Shown here one piece after another: positions 29,634 to 39,690 of a stretch of DNA of 55,540 nt (position 1 is its first letter; every line of letters starts with the position of its first letter). Below the pieces are notes generated by a model. That model was not told the DNA's origin and did no database searches. It saw nothing but the letters and a program-made list of their open reading frames with translations. Both the position numbers and the translations under genes were made by a program. The stretch comes from an uncultured Candidatus Poseidoniales archaeon (GTDB lineage Archaea > Thermoplasmatota > Poseidoniia > Poseidoniales > Poseidoniaceae): the NCBI GenBank assembly GCA_905182725.1, contig CAJJCQ010000016.1, forward strand, positions 1 to 55,540. The letters run 5' to 3'.

Positions 29634-30638
29634 ATGCTGTTACAGGATTCACTCGGTCGCCCATTGAGGGACCTTCGAATCTCTATTACAGACCGATGTA
29701 ATTTCCGTTGCACATATTGTATGCCGAGGGAAAGTTTTGGCCCAGAGCATGTCTTTTTGGCAAAAGAGGAAATCTTGAGTTATGAAGAGATGGCAAGTGT
29801 AGTTGCTTCGTTACTCCCTTTAGGACTTACAAAAGTAAGAATCACTGGTGGAGAGCCGCTTATTCGAAGAGATTTACCAGTATTCATCGCCATGCTACGA
29901 GACCTGGATTCTGAACTTGACATTGCACTCACGACCAATGCTGTACTTCTCGAACGCCATGCTGAAGCACTGTTCAAGAGTGGACTTAACCGGGTCACGG
30001 TGAGTCTTGATGCAGTAAATACAGATTTATTTCAATCCATCACTGACAGCACAAATACGCCCGAAGAAATTTTCCGAGGGATTGAAACTGCACAACAAAT
30101 TGGACTCCCCGTCAAAGTCAATTGCGTCATTAAGAAAGGCGTGAATGATTCCCAAATTGTACCATTGACTCAAGCCTGTATCGAACGCAATATAACTGTC
30201 CGATTCATTGAATTCATGGATGTTGGAACCACTAATAATTGGAACTTAGATTCTGTAATGAGTGGAGATGAAATGAGAACAATTCTACGCGACCACTTCG
30301 GACCACTCGAACCAAAAACCTCAGCACATCCATCTGATGTAGCTCGATTATGGCGTTTTGCCAATGGTTCAACGGTTGGTTTTATTGAATCTGTTACCAA
30401 ACCATTCTGCGGAAATTGCTCACGTGCTCGGCTTTCTGCCCATGGATCCATCTATACATGCTTATTTTCCGAAAAGGGATTTGACTTACGTGGCATCCTT
30501 CGTTTTGGTGCAGATAAAGAAGAGACTGCCACAATCATTCGTGATATTTGGACGCATCGTGAAGACCGTTATTCTGAATTAAGAACCCAACTCAAAGAAA
30601 AAAGGCAGCCCGTAGAAATGTCTTTCATCGGTGGATAA
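29634..30638 (+). CDS. moaA: GTP 3',8-cyclase MoaA (radical SAM)
   Basis: LRISITDRCNFRCTYCM, RITGGEP, RFIEFMDVG, FCGNCSRARLSAHG..YTCLF, C-terminal MSFIGG. Confidence 0.96.
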   Translation: MLLQDSLGRPLRDLRISITDRCNFRCTYCMPRESFGPEHVFLAKEEILSYEEMASVVASLLPLGLTKVRITGGEPLIRRDLPVFIAMLRDLDSELDIALTTNAVLLERHAEALFKSGLNRVTVSLDAVNTDLFQSITDSTNTPEEIFRGIETAQQIGLPVKVNCVIKKGVNDSQIVPLTQACIERNITVRFIEFMDVGTTNNWNLDSVMSGDEMRTILRDHFGPLEPKTSAHPSDVARLWRFANGSTVGFIESVTKPFCGNCSRARLSAHGSIYTCLFSEKGFDLRGILRFGADKEETATIIRDIWTHREDRYSELRTQLKEKRQPVEMSFIGG

Positions 30639-31136
30639 CTACGCTTCTATCGGTGGTAAAATCACATCGACCATGACTGAGTTGGTCGATAAATCAACAA
30701 GTTTGAATCGCCAAGTGCCAGAATCTGAACCGACGGTTGTGGAATCAATGACAAAATAATCACCTTGACTCACTGAATATCCAGCATCACGATCATGGAA
30801 CGAAACATTGGCACCAATAAGCCCGTAGACTCCTGGGTCACTGACTTTACCACGTATTGGGTTGCCATCTTCAAAATTTTCTGGAGAGAGGTCATATTGA
30901 ATCTTAGCCGGGTCAATTGTTTGGTCGAGAGTCGTCATCCGAATCACGTGAAAACCGTTTGATAATCCACGAACGCTAACGGTCGCCTGTGCTGGTGGTT
31001 TGTCTGCAGTTGTAAGTGCTCCTTGCATCAACACAAAGACCATGCTGGAAAGCATAACGGTAATCGCAAGCAGCAATACGGTGGCGATAACGGGGCTGAC
31101 TGCCTCATTGTCAGACGACCTCCGCACGTTGCGCAT
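30639..31136 (-). CDS. Archaeal type IV pilin (class III signal peptide)
   Basis: RRSSDNEA/VSPVIATVLLLAITVMLSSMVFV pilin N-terminal domain. Confidence 0.85.
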   Translation of the reverse strand: MRNVRRSSDNEAVSPVIATVLLLAITVMLSSMVFVLMQGALTTADKPPAQATVSVRGLSNGFHVIRMTTLDQTIDPAKIQYDLSPENFEDGNPIRGKVSDPGVYGLIGANVSFHDRDAGYSVSQGDYFVIDSTTVGSDSGTWRFKLVDLSTNSVMVDVILPPIEA

Positions 31137-31210
31137 GAAACCACTGAACTATCGATAGGACTTGAAACAACCGTTTCAAATGAAGGTGAGAAGACCTCTT
31201 CCGTATAGGT

Positions 31211-32356
31211 TCAGAAAAGCCACATCGGCTTATCGCACTCCATGGCCCTTTTGATTCCACCAATTGGGCCAAGAACTCTCAATAATGATTCAGTAACAAA
31301 GTCTCCTTTAAAGAACGCATAACCCATGTTCTTGGAACGAAGAGAATTCTTCAATGCTCTCCCCATCGACGAGCGAACTCGAGTTTCATACATGGTCAAA
31401 GGTGTTCCATCACGAAGGTGATCAAGAATAGTTTCTGCTGCAAAGCATCCAGAAATGATGGCTTGTGAAATGCCGCCACCGTTACTTGGCATAACTAGGC
31501 CAGCCGCATCACCAACTGCCAAAGTCGTGCCATCAACCATCGTTTTAACAGGGCCACCCATTGGAATCCAACCGCCACCCCAGGAAAGGATTTCAAAGCC
31601 TAAAGAAGCACAGAATTCAGTTAAATGGTCTTTCAAATTACCTTCCAAATAGCCTGCACGTACCCCAAGACCAACATTGGCTGTATCAGGGCCTTTTGGA
31701 ATAATCCAAGCATAGCCAGAAGGAGCGACTGAACCCAAAAATACATCAAACGTTTCAGGTACTTTCCCTTGAACCTGAGCATAAACAGTTGGAACTTGGT
31801 CTTGAGGTCTATAGCGCTCATCTGTACCGTGACGCAATCGTGCTACATGGGCAAGAGAGCCACTTGCATCAATCAAGAAGTCGAATGAATAACGACCATG
31901 GCTGGTAACCAAAAGGTCACGGTCCAGTTTCGTTTGATGTTGAATTCGAGTCATTGCTTCACCAGTGCGAACTTCAGCACCAGCATGAATCGCCTTATCA
32001 CAAAGGAATCCATCAAAGTGTAAACGATGACCTGCGAAGGCATCTAAATCAAAATGATAGGCTTTTCCAGATGGAAGGAAAACTCGCATATTATCGAGAT
32101 CATGAAGTTTCAAGCGTTCTGGGAATTCAAAATAATCTTTCAGCCATCGATGGTCATCAAGGTCTGAAAAAGTACCAACTACTTCACCCCAATTCGGGAT
32201 ACATTCGCCACACTGAGCGGGATTCCCGATAATTTCTCGTCGTTCAATAATCAAAACATCGATGCCGTCTTCGGCAAGTCGTTGAGCACATGCAGAACCT
32301 GCAGGTCCAGCACCAATGACAATCACTTGACGATGTTCGATTTCTTTACGGGCCAT
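31211..32356 (-). CDS. Geranylgeranyl reductase family (digeranylgeranylglycerophospholipid reductase-like)
   Basis: VIGAGPAGS, QCGE, APSGYAWIIPKG, VGDAAG.V.P.NGGGI; adjacent to prenyl synthase. Confidence 0.88.
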   Translation of the reverse strand: MARKEIEHRQVIVIGAGPAGSACAQRLAEDGIDVLIIERREIIGNPAQCGECIPNWGEVVGTFSDLDDHRWLKDYFEFPERLKLHDLDNMRVFLPSGKAYHFDLDAFAGHRLHFDGFLCDKAIHAGAEVRTGEAMTRIQHQTKLDRDLLVTSHGRYSFDFLIDASGSLAHVARLRHGTDERYRPQDQVPTVYAQVQGKVPETFDVFLGSVAPSGYAWIIPKGPDTANVGLGVRAGYLEGNLKDHLTEFCASLGFEILSWGGGWIPMGGPVKTMVDGTTLAVGDAAGLVMPSNGGGISQAIISGCFAAETILDHLRDGTPLTMYETRVRSSMGRALKNSLRSKNMGYAFFKGDFVTESLLRVLGPIGGIKRAMECDKPMWLF

Positions 32357-32364
32357 GGAATCCC

Positions 32365-33348
32365 TCACAGATGTCGACGCATGACATAATCAGTGACATG
32401 GAGCATCAATGCTTTCGCATCACTTTCTGGAAATATGTCAAGTTCAGCGATTGCTCGTTCTAAATGTGTACGAACTAAGATTTCGGCATAATGTAAGCTG
32501 TCTGAATGGTTGAGCAGTGTCATTAATTCATCGAAAGAATCATCGGTAAAGTTCTCGATGATGTGGGCTAAACGCTGACGTTCTTTACCGTGTGAAAGTG
32601 TCAATGCGTGGATTAAAGGGAGCGTCATTTTCCCTTCGATCACGTCTGCACCTCTTGGTTTCCCCATACGCTCATCACCTCGCAAGTCAAGTAAATCATC
32701 GACCAGTTGGAAAGCGATTCCAAGTTCCATTCCGAAACGCTTGAGCGAAGATGCTTGTTGTTCAGAGAGTCCTGCAACTAAGCCCGCAGCATGACATCCA
32801 GCAGCAAATGGCCCTGCGGTTTTACCTCGGACAATATTGAGATAGTCCTCGGGAGAAGTGGTAAGGTCGAGAACATGGTCGAGTTGTTCGAATTCGGCCA
32901 CTGCGAGTTCTGCACAATACTGGGCCAGAATACGAACAATAACCTCATCATACCGTCCTCCAAGGGCGAAACCTTGTGAAAACAACCAATCCCCGGCAAT
33001 AACAGCCTTCGGAAGTCCGACACGAGAATGGATGGTTTCTATTCCTCGTCGGTGTGATGCTTCATCATTGATGTCATCATGAACAAGGGTTGCAGTATGA
33101 ATCATTTCCGAGGCAAGAGCGAGCGGCATAATTTCCTCTATATCCGTGCCTCCAGCAATTTCGTGTGCCAGTAGAATCAACAGAGGCCGAAGGCGTTTAC
33201 CGCCTGCAAGGAGTACTGAGCCACAGAGTTCAGCAACTTGTCCTGAACCGTTTTTGATTTCATTTTCAATTAATGATTCAAGCTCAGCATCAACCAAAAG
33301 CCTCATCGATTCAAGGCGGTCACTTGCTTCCAACTCGACACTCGCCAC
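32365..33348 (-). CDS. Polyprenyl diphosphate synthase (GGPP synthase-like)
   Basis: GGKRLRP, EMIHTATLVHDDIND...RRG (FARM), KTA, FQLVDDLLD (SARM), GKPRGADVIEGKMTLP. Confidence 0.93.
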   Translation of the reverse strand: MASVELEASDRLESMRLLVDAELESLIENEIKNGSGQVAELCGSVLLAGGKRLRPLLILLAHEIAGGTDIEEIMPLALASEMIHTATLVHDDINDEASHRRGIETIHSRVGLPKAVIAGDWLFSQGFALGGRYDEVIVRILAQYCAELAVAEFEQLDHVLDLTTSPEDYLNIVRGKTAGPFAAGCHAAGLVAGLSEQQASSLKRFGMELGIAFQLVDDLLDLRGDERMGKPRGADVIEGKMTLPLIHALTLSHGKERQRLAHIIENFTDDSFDELMTLLNHSDSLHYAEILVRTHLERAIAELDIFPESDAKALMLHVTDYVMRRHL

Positions 33349-33429
33349 GAACCTCCTACAGGGGTGTCCTTCTTAACCCGTAGTCTCCGGCCTTGTAATG
33401 TGAGGATTCATCCTCGCCGAGGTGATGCG

Positions 33430-34614
33430 TTGTCAGAAAAGGTTCGACTAGAAGTCCTAACCACTGCATCACGCCGTGATGGTGTGCGTCTTCAAATAGA
33501 GCGGACTATCGAACAAAATCGTAAGATTTTTGATTTCAAATTGCAGGAACTACCCCATATTGAATCAGCAATAACCGCACTCCAAAATGGCACTGGCGAT
33601 CTTGTTGCAATGAGTGCATTGGACTGGCGAAACCTCGATGTTGAGGGATTATCAATTGTCGGAATCTTACCACGCCGAGAACCAACATGGGTTCTCGTTT
33701 CAAACGATAAACCAGAATATTTGTGTTCGAAGGCTGTCGTTGTGTGTGATAACGAACTGCTGCGACGTCAAATGCGCCGCCTCCGTAGCGACCTCATCAT
33801 ACTGACCAGTGAACAATTCGCCGAGCGTATTGGAAAACTCGATGCGTATCTCAATTTGGATGAAGAAGATCGCATTCATTGGATTGAAGAATGCCGTCAA
33901 GATAAGTTATTGGAAGGTTTCGTTGTCTCCCGTGGTGAACATTCAGCATTGAGATTCAAATCACGCCGTCATACCCTTGGTCTGCAACGTGAAAAACCTG
34001 AGCGAACACATTTCGTCCCTCCACCTTTGCATGGATTCACACTCCTTGTCAGCCGTACTGGATTCCCAAGTGCAACGGTTCTCCCTATGTTTGATCCAAG
34101 TGCATACCTTGCTCACAGAATTGAAGCAGCCTTGCTCGATTCACTACCGAAAGAAATACATTCACTTGTTGGGATATTTGTTGAACAACGAAAATTCAAG
34201 ACGATTCTCAAAGAAGCTCAGCGTTCAAATGATGACTTTACCAATGATTCATTCCTTGACTCGAATCATGCTCAAGGGAAAGTGAGTGGGAAAAATTTGA
34301 CTGGAAGTGCAAAATGGGAACGCTCAGTTCCAAAGAAAGGCATGTCAACAAGTCCTCGATTGGAGATTAAGGTTGAAACATTGAACTACGCTGGAACTGT
34401 TACTGCGAGTGCAGAACGTGTTTCCACACTTGAGGAAAGCCATATGAGCATGGTGAATGTCCTCAAGGAATTCATGAATTTACTCGAAACTATGCAACTT
34501 GACCATGAAGAAATGGTTCGTAAATTCCCAGGGCTCCCAGAGGAATACAGCCTTGCCCGACCCCCACTTATGGATCTCCATTCTGTTCAAGCGTCTTCAT
34601 CGGAAGAAGAGTGA
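33430..34614 (+). CDS. Hydroxymethylbilane synthase (HemC)-like protein with degenerate active site
   Basis: ALQNGTGDLVAMSALD, ILPRREPTWVLVS, RRQMRRLRSDL, FVPPPLHG, RIEAALL align in order with HemC motifs, but the cofactor Cys (GGC) is absent; TTG start after GAGGTGA is inferred. Confidence 0.55.
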   Translation: MSEKVRLEVLTTASRRDGVRLQIERTIEQNRKIFDFKLQELPHIESAITALQNGTGDLVAMSALDWRNLDVEGLSIVGILPRREPTWVLVSNDKPEYLCSKAVVVCDNELLRRQMRRLRSDLIILTSEQFAERIGKLDAYLNLDEEDRIHWIEECRQDKLLEGFVVSRGEHSALRFKSRRHTLGLQREKPERTHFVPPPLHGFTLLVSRTGFPSATVLPMFDPSAYLAHRIEAALLDSLPKEIHSLVGIFVEQRKFKTILKEAQRSNDDFTNDSFLDSNHAQGKVSGKNLTGSAKWERSVPKKGMSTSPRLEIKVETLNYAGTVTASAERVSTLEESHMSMVNVLKEFMNLLETMQLDHEEMVRKFPGLPEEYSLARPPLMDLHSVQASSSEEE

Positions 34615-35171
34615 GTTGGTATTTCCACCAATGCATCGTATCCTTGTTTGGAGATGAAGTGTTCAAGGTCACCGAGTTCAGCAGGTTCATGATCGTCACA
34701 TAACTCAAGTATCGATTCATCAATTTCACGACCATTGCGTTCCCATGTACCTGCAGAGCGTTGAAGGTCTGATGCAAATTTTTCTACAATTTCAATGGCA
34801 TTTAAATTCGGGCTGAGTACCGACTTGAGTGATTCGACAATAGTGTCGTTGGCTTCTCGAAGACGAAAGATTCGGCCAGACAAATCGACCAAGAATTCGC
34901 GTAATTCTTTCGCTTCATTCGAACGTGAGAATCGACGTTGAGCACGCTCGAGGTCCTTTCGCATCACTCCAATTCCTGCAATGATGGCTAACTTTCCTTT
35001 GGTAGCCTCTAGAATTGCTTCTTCAGCATCACTAATTCGTGACTGAAGCATTTCTTCAAATCCAGCATACTGGTTTTTCAAATCAATCCATACGAGTTCA
35101 CGAAGGGATTCGACAAGCGTATCGGCTTCCTTGAGGGCGGCTTTCGTAACTTTCACTGTTCTTGCCATCAT
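34587..35171 (-). CDS. Hypothetical all-alpha coiled-coil protein
   Basis: 194 aa heptad-rich ORF with GGTGAGGG RBS. Confidence 0.7.
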   Translation of the reverse strand: MMARTVKVTKAALKEADTLVESLRELVWIDLKNQYAGFEEMLQSRISDAEEAILEATKGKLAIIAGIGVMRKDLERAQRRFSRSNEAKELREFLVDLSGRIFRLREANDTIVESLKSVLSPNLNAIEIVEKFASDLQRSAGTWERNGREIDESILELCDDHEPAELGDLEHFISKQGYDALVEIPTHSSSDEDA

Positions 35172-35332
35172 CCCTCACCAGTGACTCATAGACTTCAAAC
35201 CATTGCCAGTAAATCGACATATCCAATGGAGATGGAGAGGTATGAACGGTCGAAGAACTGCCCTTTTTGTCATCTCTACACAGCGAAGACACATATACCC
35301 CTTTGAACCGAAAGTCAACGGTAGGTGAGACT

Positions 35333-37114
35333 GTGACTGCAAAAGGCGAACTCTTGAACGAACTCTATCAAGCGCGTTTTGATGGACTCAAAGAACTCGC
35401 GGTCACCTACAACTTACCAAAAAACGGTTCAGTGGAAGTCGTCAGAGGACGACTGATTCAACAACTCATCTTGGATGAATGGGACCTTTCTCCAACTGGA
35501 ATAAAGAATCTCATGAACGCTGAAATCGGCGAAATCCTAGGAATCTTTGGTATTAAGAAATCAGGCTCAGTTCGTGCACGTCGCCAACGCCTCTACCTCC
35601 ATCTCAATCATGACCCAAAACAATTCGTTCCTGAATCACTTGATGCAATGACTCGTGATGAATTACATGAGTTGTGTAAGACACTCGAATTACCCCTCTC
35701 TGGAAATAAGCAGGCTTTGCTTGTTCGTATTGCAGGTGTTCTCGCCTATCAGCAAGGAGGTTGGGGGAAGGTCAAGAAGAGCCTACGCCGTCCACGAAGT
35801 GGCGATTCTGTCGTCGAGATCCCTACCCCATCCCAGGATTCGAAAAATGAATCTCCTGCAGAATCTCAAATCGAAGAGCAAGATGTCATTCTCGAAACGG
35901 TTGAAACATTTGTATCTCAACATCCTAAAGGATGGACGTTTGAAGAAGAGACTGAAATGCGTACTGAACTCGCTCAAGAAGGAATCCCAATCTCTCGAGC
36001 ACCTCTTGCCGCCTCTATTGATGAGGCGCTACGAGCAGGACAAATGCAAATGGAAGAGAGTGATACACCGGCAATGGTCCAAAGTGCACATGTAGTTGAG
36101 GTTGTGGAACACAGTCTCGAGATAGAAGCAGTTTTACTTGAATTAACAGCCCGAGGTGCAGAAATTGAAGCAGCGGGTAGAGATTACTTAGCCGTCAGCA
36201 GTACGAGTGATGGCGAAGACCTGGAAGCATTCATTCGTAGCCTCTCTGGCCATGGTTTTGCAGTAGAAATTCCTGCTGTAAGTGACGGCATCCGTAATAC
36301 ATTGATGGAACTTGAATTCAGATCACAAACAGAAAAGGATGCTGTCTTAGCAATGCCAAACTCTTGGAGCGAACGAGAAGCACTACGGAATTTCGAAAAC
36401 GCTCGTGATGTTCTGCGAGACCAATTGAACAACACCCTGGCAAATTCGGATGGAGATTTAGTTCGAGCACGAATGTCTTTCGAACAAATTGGTCATGACA
36501 TGGGCCTCGACTTGCGAATTCCAAGTATCTCTGGAAGACTTCATGCTCTTTTCGACTTACATGTGGAAATTAATCAGGCTGAAGCACTTCAAGACCCATC
36601 GATTGCACGACGAAATCGTATCCTGCGTGTACTACAACATGGCGCAGTTCACCTTTCTGATGTTGAACGCATGACTGTCGACCGCCTTGAGCGAAATATT
36701 TCTGCATTTGAGGAATTAGTTGAAACGGTTCTTGAATCAAGTGAAGGAAGTTTCTCTGATGCACAACAAGCCTTAGTGATTCGATTCCTCGAATCCAGAG
36801 GCTATGAGGTGAACACAGTAGACCTAAGGCCACGTGTTCTTGCGTGTGCTGGAATAATCGGTGCTGAATTAGGATTTATATCTCCTTCCGAAATTCCTCG
36901 GATCGCACCAGGAATTATGGTATCTGATACTCAAGTCGATGCTATAGTGACAGAACTAAAGGCACTTGCAGAAGCATTCAAACCGAAGACTGATGAACAG
37001 CCAGATATCGAAATGGTCGTTGCTGAATCAGTCAGTGATGCCTCGGACCGAGTTACTTCTGCTCGAGGTAAAATCGATGCTATTGATGATTTACTCGCTC
37101 GACTACGTGGTTAA
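35333..37114 (+). CDS. Protein with three N-terminal SAP-like DNA-binding motifs and long acidic helical C-terminus
   Basis: LKELAVTYNLPKNGSVEVVRGRL; IGEILGIFGIKKSGSVRARRQRL; DELHELCKTLELPLSGNKQALLVRI; GTG start after AGGTGA inferred. Confidence 0.7.
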   Translation: MTAKGELLNELYQARFDGLKELAVTYNLPKNGSVEVVRGRLIQQLILDEWDLSPTGIKNLMNAEIGEILGIFGIKKSGSVRARRQRLYLHLNHDPKQFVPESLDAMTRDELHELCKTLELPLSGNKQALLVRIAGVLAYQQGGWGKVKKSLRRPRSGDSVVEIPTPSQDSKNESPAESQIEEQDVILETVETFVSQHPKGWTFEEETEMRTELAQEGIPISRAPLAASIDEALRAGQMQMEESDTPAMVQSAHVVEVVEHSLEIEAVLLELTARGAEIEAAGRDYLAVSSTSDGEDLEAFIRSLSGHGFAVEIPAVSDGIRNTLMELEFRSQTEKDAVLAMPNSWSEREALRNFENARDVLRDQLNNTLANSDGDLVRARMSFEQIGHDMGLDLRIPSISGRLHALFDLHVEINQAEALQDPSIARRNRILRVLQHGAVHLSDVERMTVDRLERNISAFEELVETVLESSEGSFSDAQQALVIRFLESRGYEVNTVDLRPRVLACAGIIGAELGFISPSEIPRIAPGIMVSDTQVDAIVTELKALAEAFKPKTDEQPDIEMVVAESVSDASDRVTSARGKIDAIDDLLARLRG

Positions 37115-37120
37115 CTCACT

Positions 37121-38359
37121 TCAACGGGATGCGTAGAAGTTTTGGATGACTTGTGTTACAGTTTGAATATCGTGAATATCACGCTGTGCTAAATCTCGGA
37201 TAATATTTTGGCGTTGTGACACGTGTTTTTCAAACACATCTGGAGAAATCCCAGCTGCTGTGCAAATGATTTCTCGAAGTTTGGAAGGAATACCAGTTTC
37301 TTCAATTTGGTCGGTAGCAGCATTGTATTTCCAAATAATGTTCAGACGTGGTTTATCGCCTTCCATACCTGCAACTTCAGCAACCTCAGTGATTTTACGA
37401 GCAGTTTTACCATTGACATGGAGTCGTGCTTGAATAATAATGAGGTCAAGTCCACCCAGCATAATAGGTGGAACATTCATTGGAGGATTGATCATACGAG
37501 TGACTGTTTCTTGTGCCGTGTTTGCGTGCAGCGAACCGAATGAACCGTCGTGGCCAGTGTTCATGGCTGTAAGCAAAGTTGCTGCTTCGGGTCCACGAAC
37601 TTCTCCAACAATGATTCGGTCAGGTCGCATACGGAGGCTTGACTGGAGGCAGTCATTCATATCAACCTCAGCAGTTCCATCTGGGCGTTGTCGGCGAGTT
37701 TCCATACGAAGCCAGTGGTCGTGGTAGACTTGCAATTCAGCGGTATCTTCGACTGTTAACAAACGTCGATCCCATGGAATAAACATTCCAAGGCAATTGA
37801 GTGTAGTGGTTTTACCAGATCCTGTTCCGCCTGCAATAACAAAGTTAGCAGGACGGCTATCGAGGCCTTCTATCCAAACCCACATCATTGCAGCTAAACG
37901 GGAATTAACAGTGCCGAACTTCACGAGATCAATCATGGTCAATGGATCTTCACGGAATTTACGGATGGTGAGTGTAGGGCCATCTGGTGTAACTGGAGGA
38001 ATCGTACCGTTGACACGGGAACCATCAGGCAGGCGTCCATCAAAGATGGGAACAAGACCTGGGCCATCCCCAAGTGGAACATTGGTAAACGCAGCGATAT
38101 TCTTGGCAATTTGGATTCCTGAATCATCATCAATCCAAATGTTCGTTCGGCACATACCATGGTCACGGTGTGCGACTTTCACACATTGTGTTCCACCATT
38201 GTACATCACTTCTTCAAGAGCATCATCTTCCAAAAGAATTGCAAGGTCGCCATATGGATTTGGTTCAACTTCACCATCGATGTGATAGATTGGTGAAGGG
38301 TGATTTGCTTCAGTATAAATTGTAACTCGACCGTATTGTGCTAAGACTAATTCACTCAT
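37121..38359 (-). CDS. Type IV pilus/Tad secretion ATPase (CpaF/TadA/VirB11 family)
   Basis: RLPDGSRVN, TIRKF, AGGTGSGKTTTLN, VEDTAEL, LRMRPDRIIVGEVRGPEA, AMNTGHDG, LHAN. Confidence 0.93.
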   Translation of the reverse strand: MSELVLAQYGRVTIYTEANHPSPIYHIDGEVEPNPYGDLAILLEDDALEEVMYNGGTQCVKVAHRDHGMCRTNIWIDDDSGIQIAKNIAAFTNVPLGDGPGLVPIFDGRLPDGSRVNGTIPPVTPDGPTLTIRKFREDPLTMIDLVKFGTVNSRLAAMMWVWIEGLDSRPANFVIAGGTGSGKTTTLNCLGMFIPWDRRLLTVEDTAELQVYHDHWLRMETRRQRPDGTAEVDMNDCLQSSLRMRPDRIIVGEVRGPEAATLLTAMNTGHDGSFGSLHANTAQETVTRMINPPMNVPPIMLGGLDLIIIQARLHVNGKTARKITEVAEVAGMEGDKPRLNIIWKYNAATDQIEETGIPSKLREIICTAAGISPDVFEKHVSQRQNIIRDLAQRDIHDIQTVTQVIQNFYASR

Positions 38360-38363
38360 ATGT

Positions 38364-39095
38364 TTATCCTCCAATCATTATAACTGCCCCTAAATAGAGA
38401 CTCATAGAAAGTGCAATCCACCCTGGCATCCACCAAAGTGCATCCTTGAATCGGCCGAGCATTCGGCCTGAAACACCAATCGCAATTGCGGATGCTGCTC
38501 CAAAGAAAAGTGAAAACGTTGTATTGAAGGATTCGATTTGGAAACCCTTACTTGCTGGAGCAAATAATCCAACAATGAAGGCAATAAGAATAGGTAAACC
38601 AATGCTGATGAAAAGAACGATCAGTATACCTTTACCCAACAATTCCTCTTCACGCTTATTCATCAAATCATTCAAGCGTTCATAATCCATTGCTAAATCA
38701 GAAAGTATTCCTTGAAGAGGAGAGTCTTGCTCAATTGCAGTTTCGATTAAGACCATGACTCGTTGAACTTGCGATGAACGAGTCTTTGCAGAAAAAGACG
38801 CAAGAGCTGCATCGAATGTTGAGGAGTGACTTTCTTCGAGTGTTTCTTTGAGCAGTTTTCCAAGCAGACCTGGAAGCGTTCTGGATTGTTCCATCATTGC
38901 TTCTTGAATACCACGACCTGCACCCACAGAGTCCGAGAGTGATTCGAGTAATGACGGTAATGTATTTTCTATAGAACGGCGCCTGTTGCGTTCTAGCATT
39001 GGTGGAATCCCACCAGCAGCACTGGCAATTCCAAAGACAACCAAGACCAACAAGAAAATATTCTCGTTAAATGTTTCAATGAGTCCGAAAATCAT
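38364..39095 (-). CDS. Type II secretion F-domain (TadB/TadC-like) membrane platform protein
   Basis: IENTLPSLLESLSDSVGAG..I.EA, FDAAL, C-terminal TM helices; next to ATPase. Confidence 0.82.
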   Translation of the reverse strand: MIFGLIETFNENIFLLVLVVFGIASAAGGIPPMLERNRRRSIENTLPSLLESLSDSVGAGRGIQEAMMEQSRTLPGLLGKLLKETLEESHSSTFDAALASFSAKTRSSQVQRVMVLIETAIEQDSPLQGILSDLAMDYERLNDLMNKREEELLGKGILIVLFISIGLPILIAFIVGLFAPASKGFQIESFNTTFSLFFGAASAIAIGVSGRMLGRFKDALWWMPGWIALSMSLYLGAVIMIGG

Positions 39096-39099
39096 GAAA

Positions 39100-39681
39100 T
39101 CACAACCCCGGGTCCTTTGTGTGGGCTTTTAAGCCAATCATAAACATTCCAAATAAGGTCAAAGCGAGTCCTGCGTTAACCACGAGATTGATGGTAGAAG
39201 CAGGTGGCAGTTGCATGAAAGCACCCAAGTCACCACTCATTAATTGTGGGACAAGCCCAGCGATTGCCAAGATGATCGGACCGATCATACCAATGGAAAG
39301 AAGTGTTTCAGGGACTGAACCGAGTTCTTCGATGTATTTTTTGACTGATTCTGTTCGTTCATTCTCCATACGTACGCCTTGCTTACGAATCGTTTCAATG
39401 ATGTCCGTGTTTTGTGTGACGTTGGTATACATTGTGTTGAGAAGACGGCGGTATCCTTCAGAATCTGCCTTACCCATCATGCTCTTGAGTTCAGGTCCAA
39501 GACCACGGCTGCTTCCTTTTTGCAAGCGTTTCATCATACCTGAGAAATCTTCTGAAATGATTCCGTAACCACCACTACCAATGGTGTGGATAGCAGCTTC
39601 AAGTCCAACACCAGAGGACATCAAAACATCAAGTGTTCGAATGACATAGAGAACTTCTCTCTGTTCATCCAATTTCCGCAT
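39100..39681 (-). CDS. Type II secretion F-domain (TadB/TadC-like) membrane protein
   Basis: LMSSGVGLEAAIHTIGSGGYGIISEDF, two C-terminal TM helices; GAGGTGA RBS. Confidence 0.8.
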   Translation of the reverse strand: MRKLDEQREVLYVIRTLDVLMSSGVGLEAAIHTIGSGGYGIISEDFSGMMKRLQKGSSRGLGPELKSMMGKADSEGYRRLLNTMYTNVTQNTDIIETIRKQGVRMENERTESVKKYIEELGSVPETLLSIGMIGPIILAIAGLVPQLMSGDLGAFMQLPPASTINLVVNAGLALTLFGMFMIGLKAHTKDPGL

Positions 39682-39690
39682 AATTTCACC

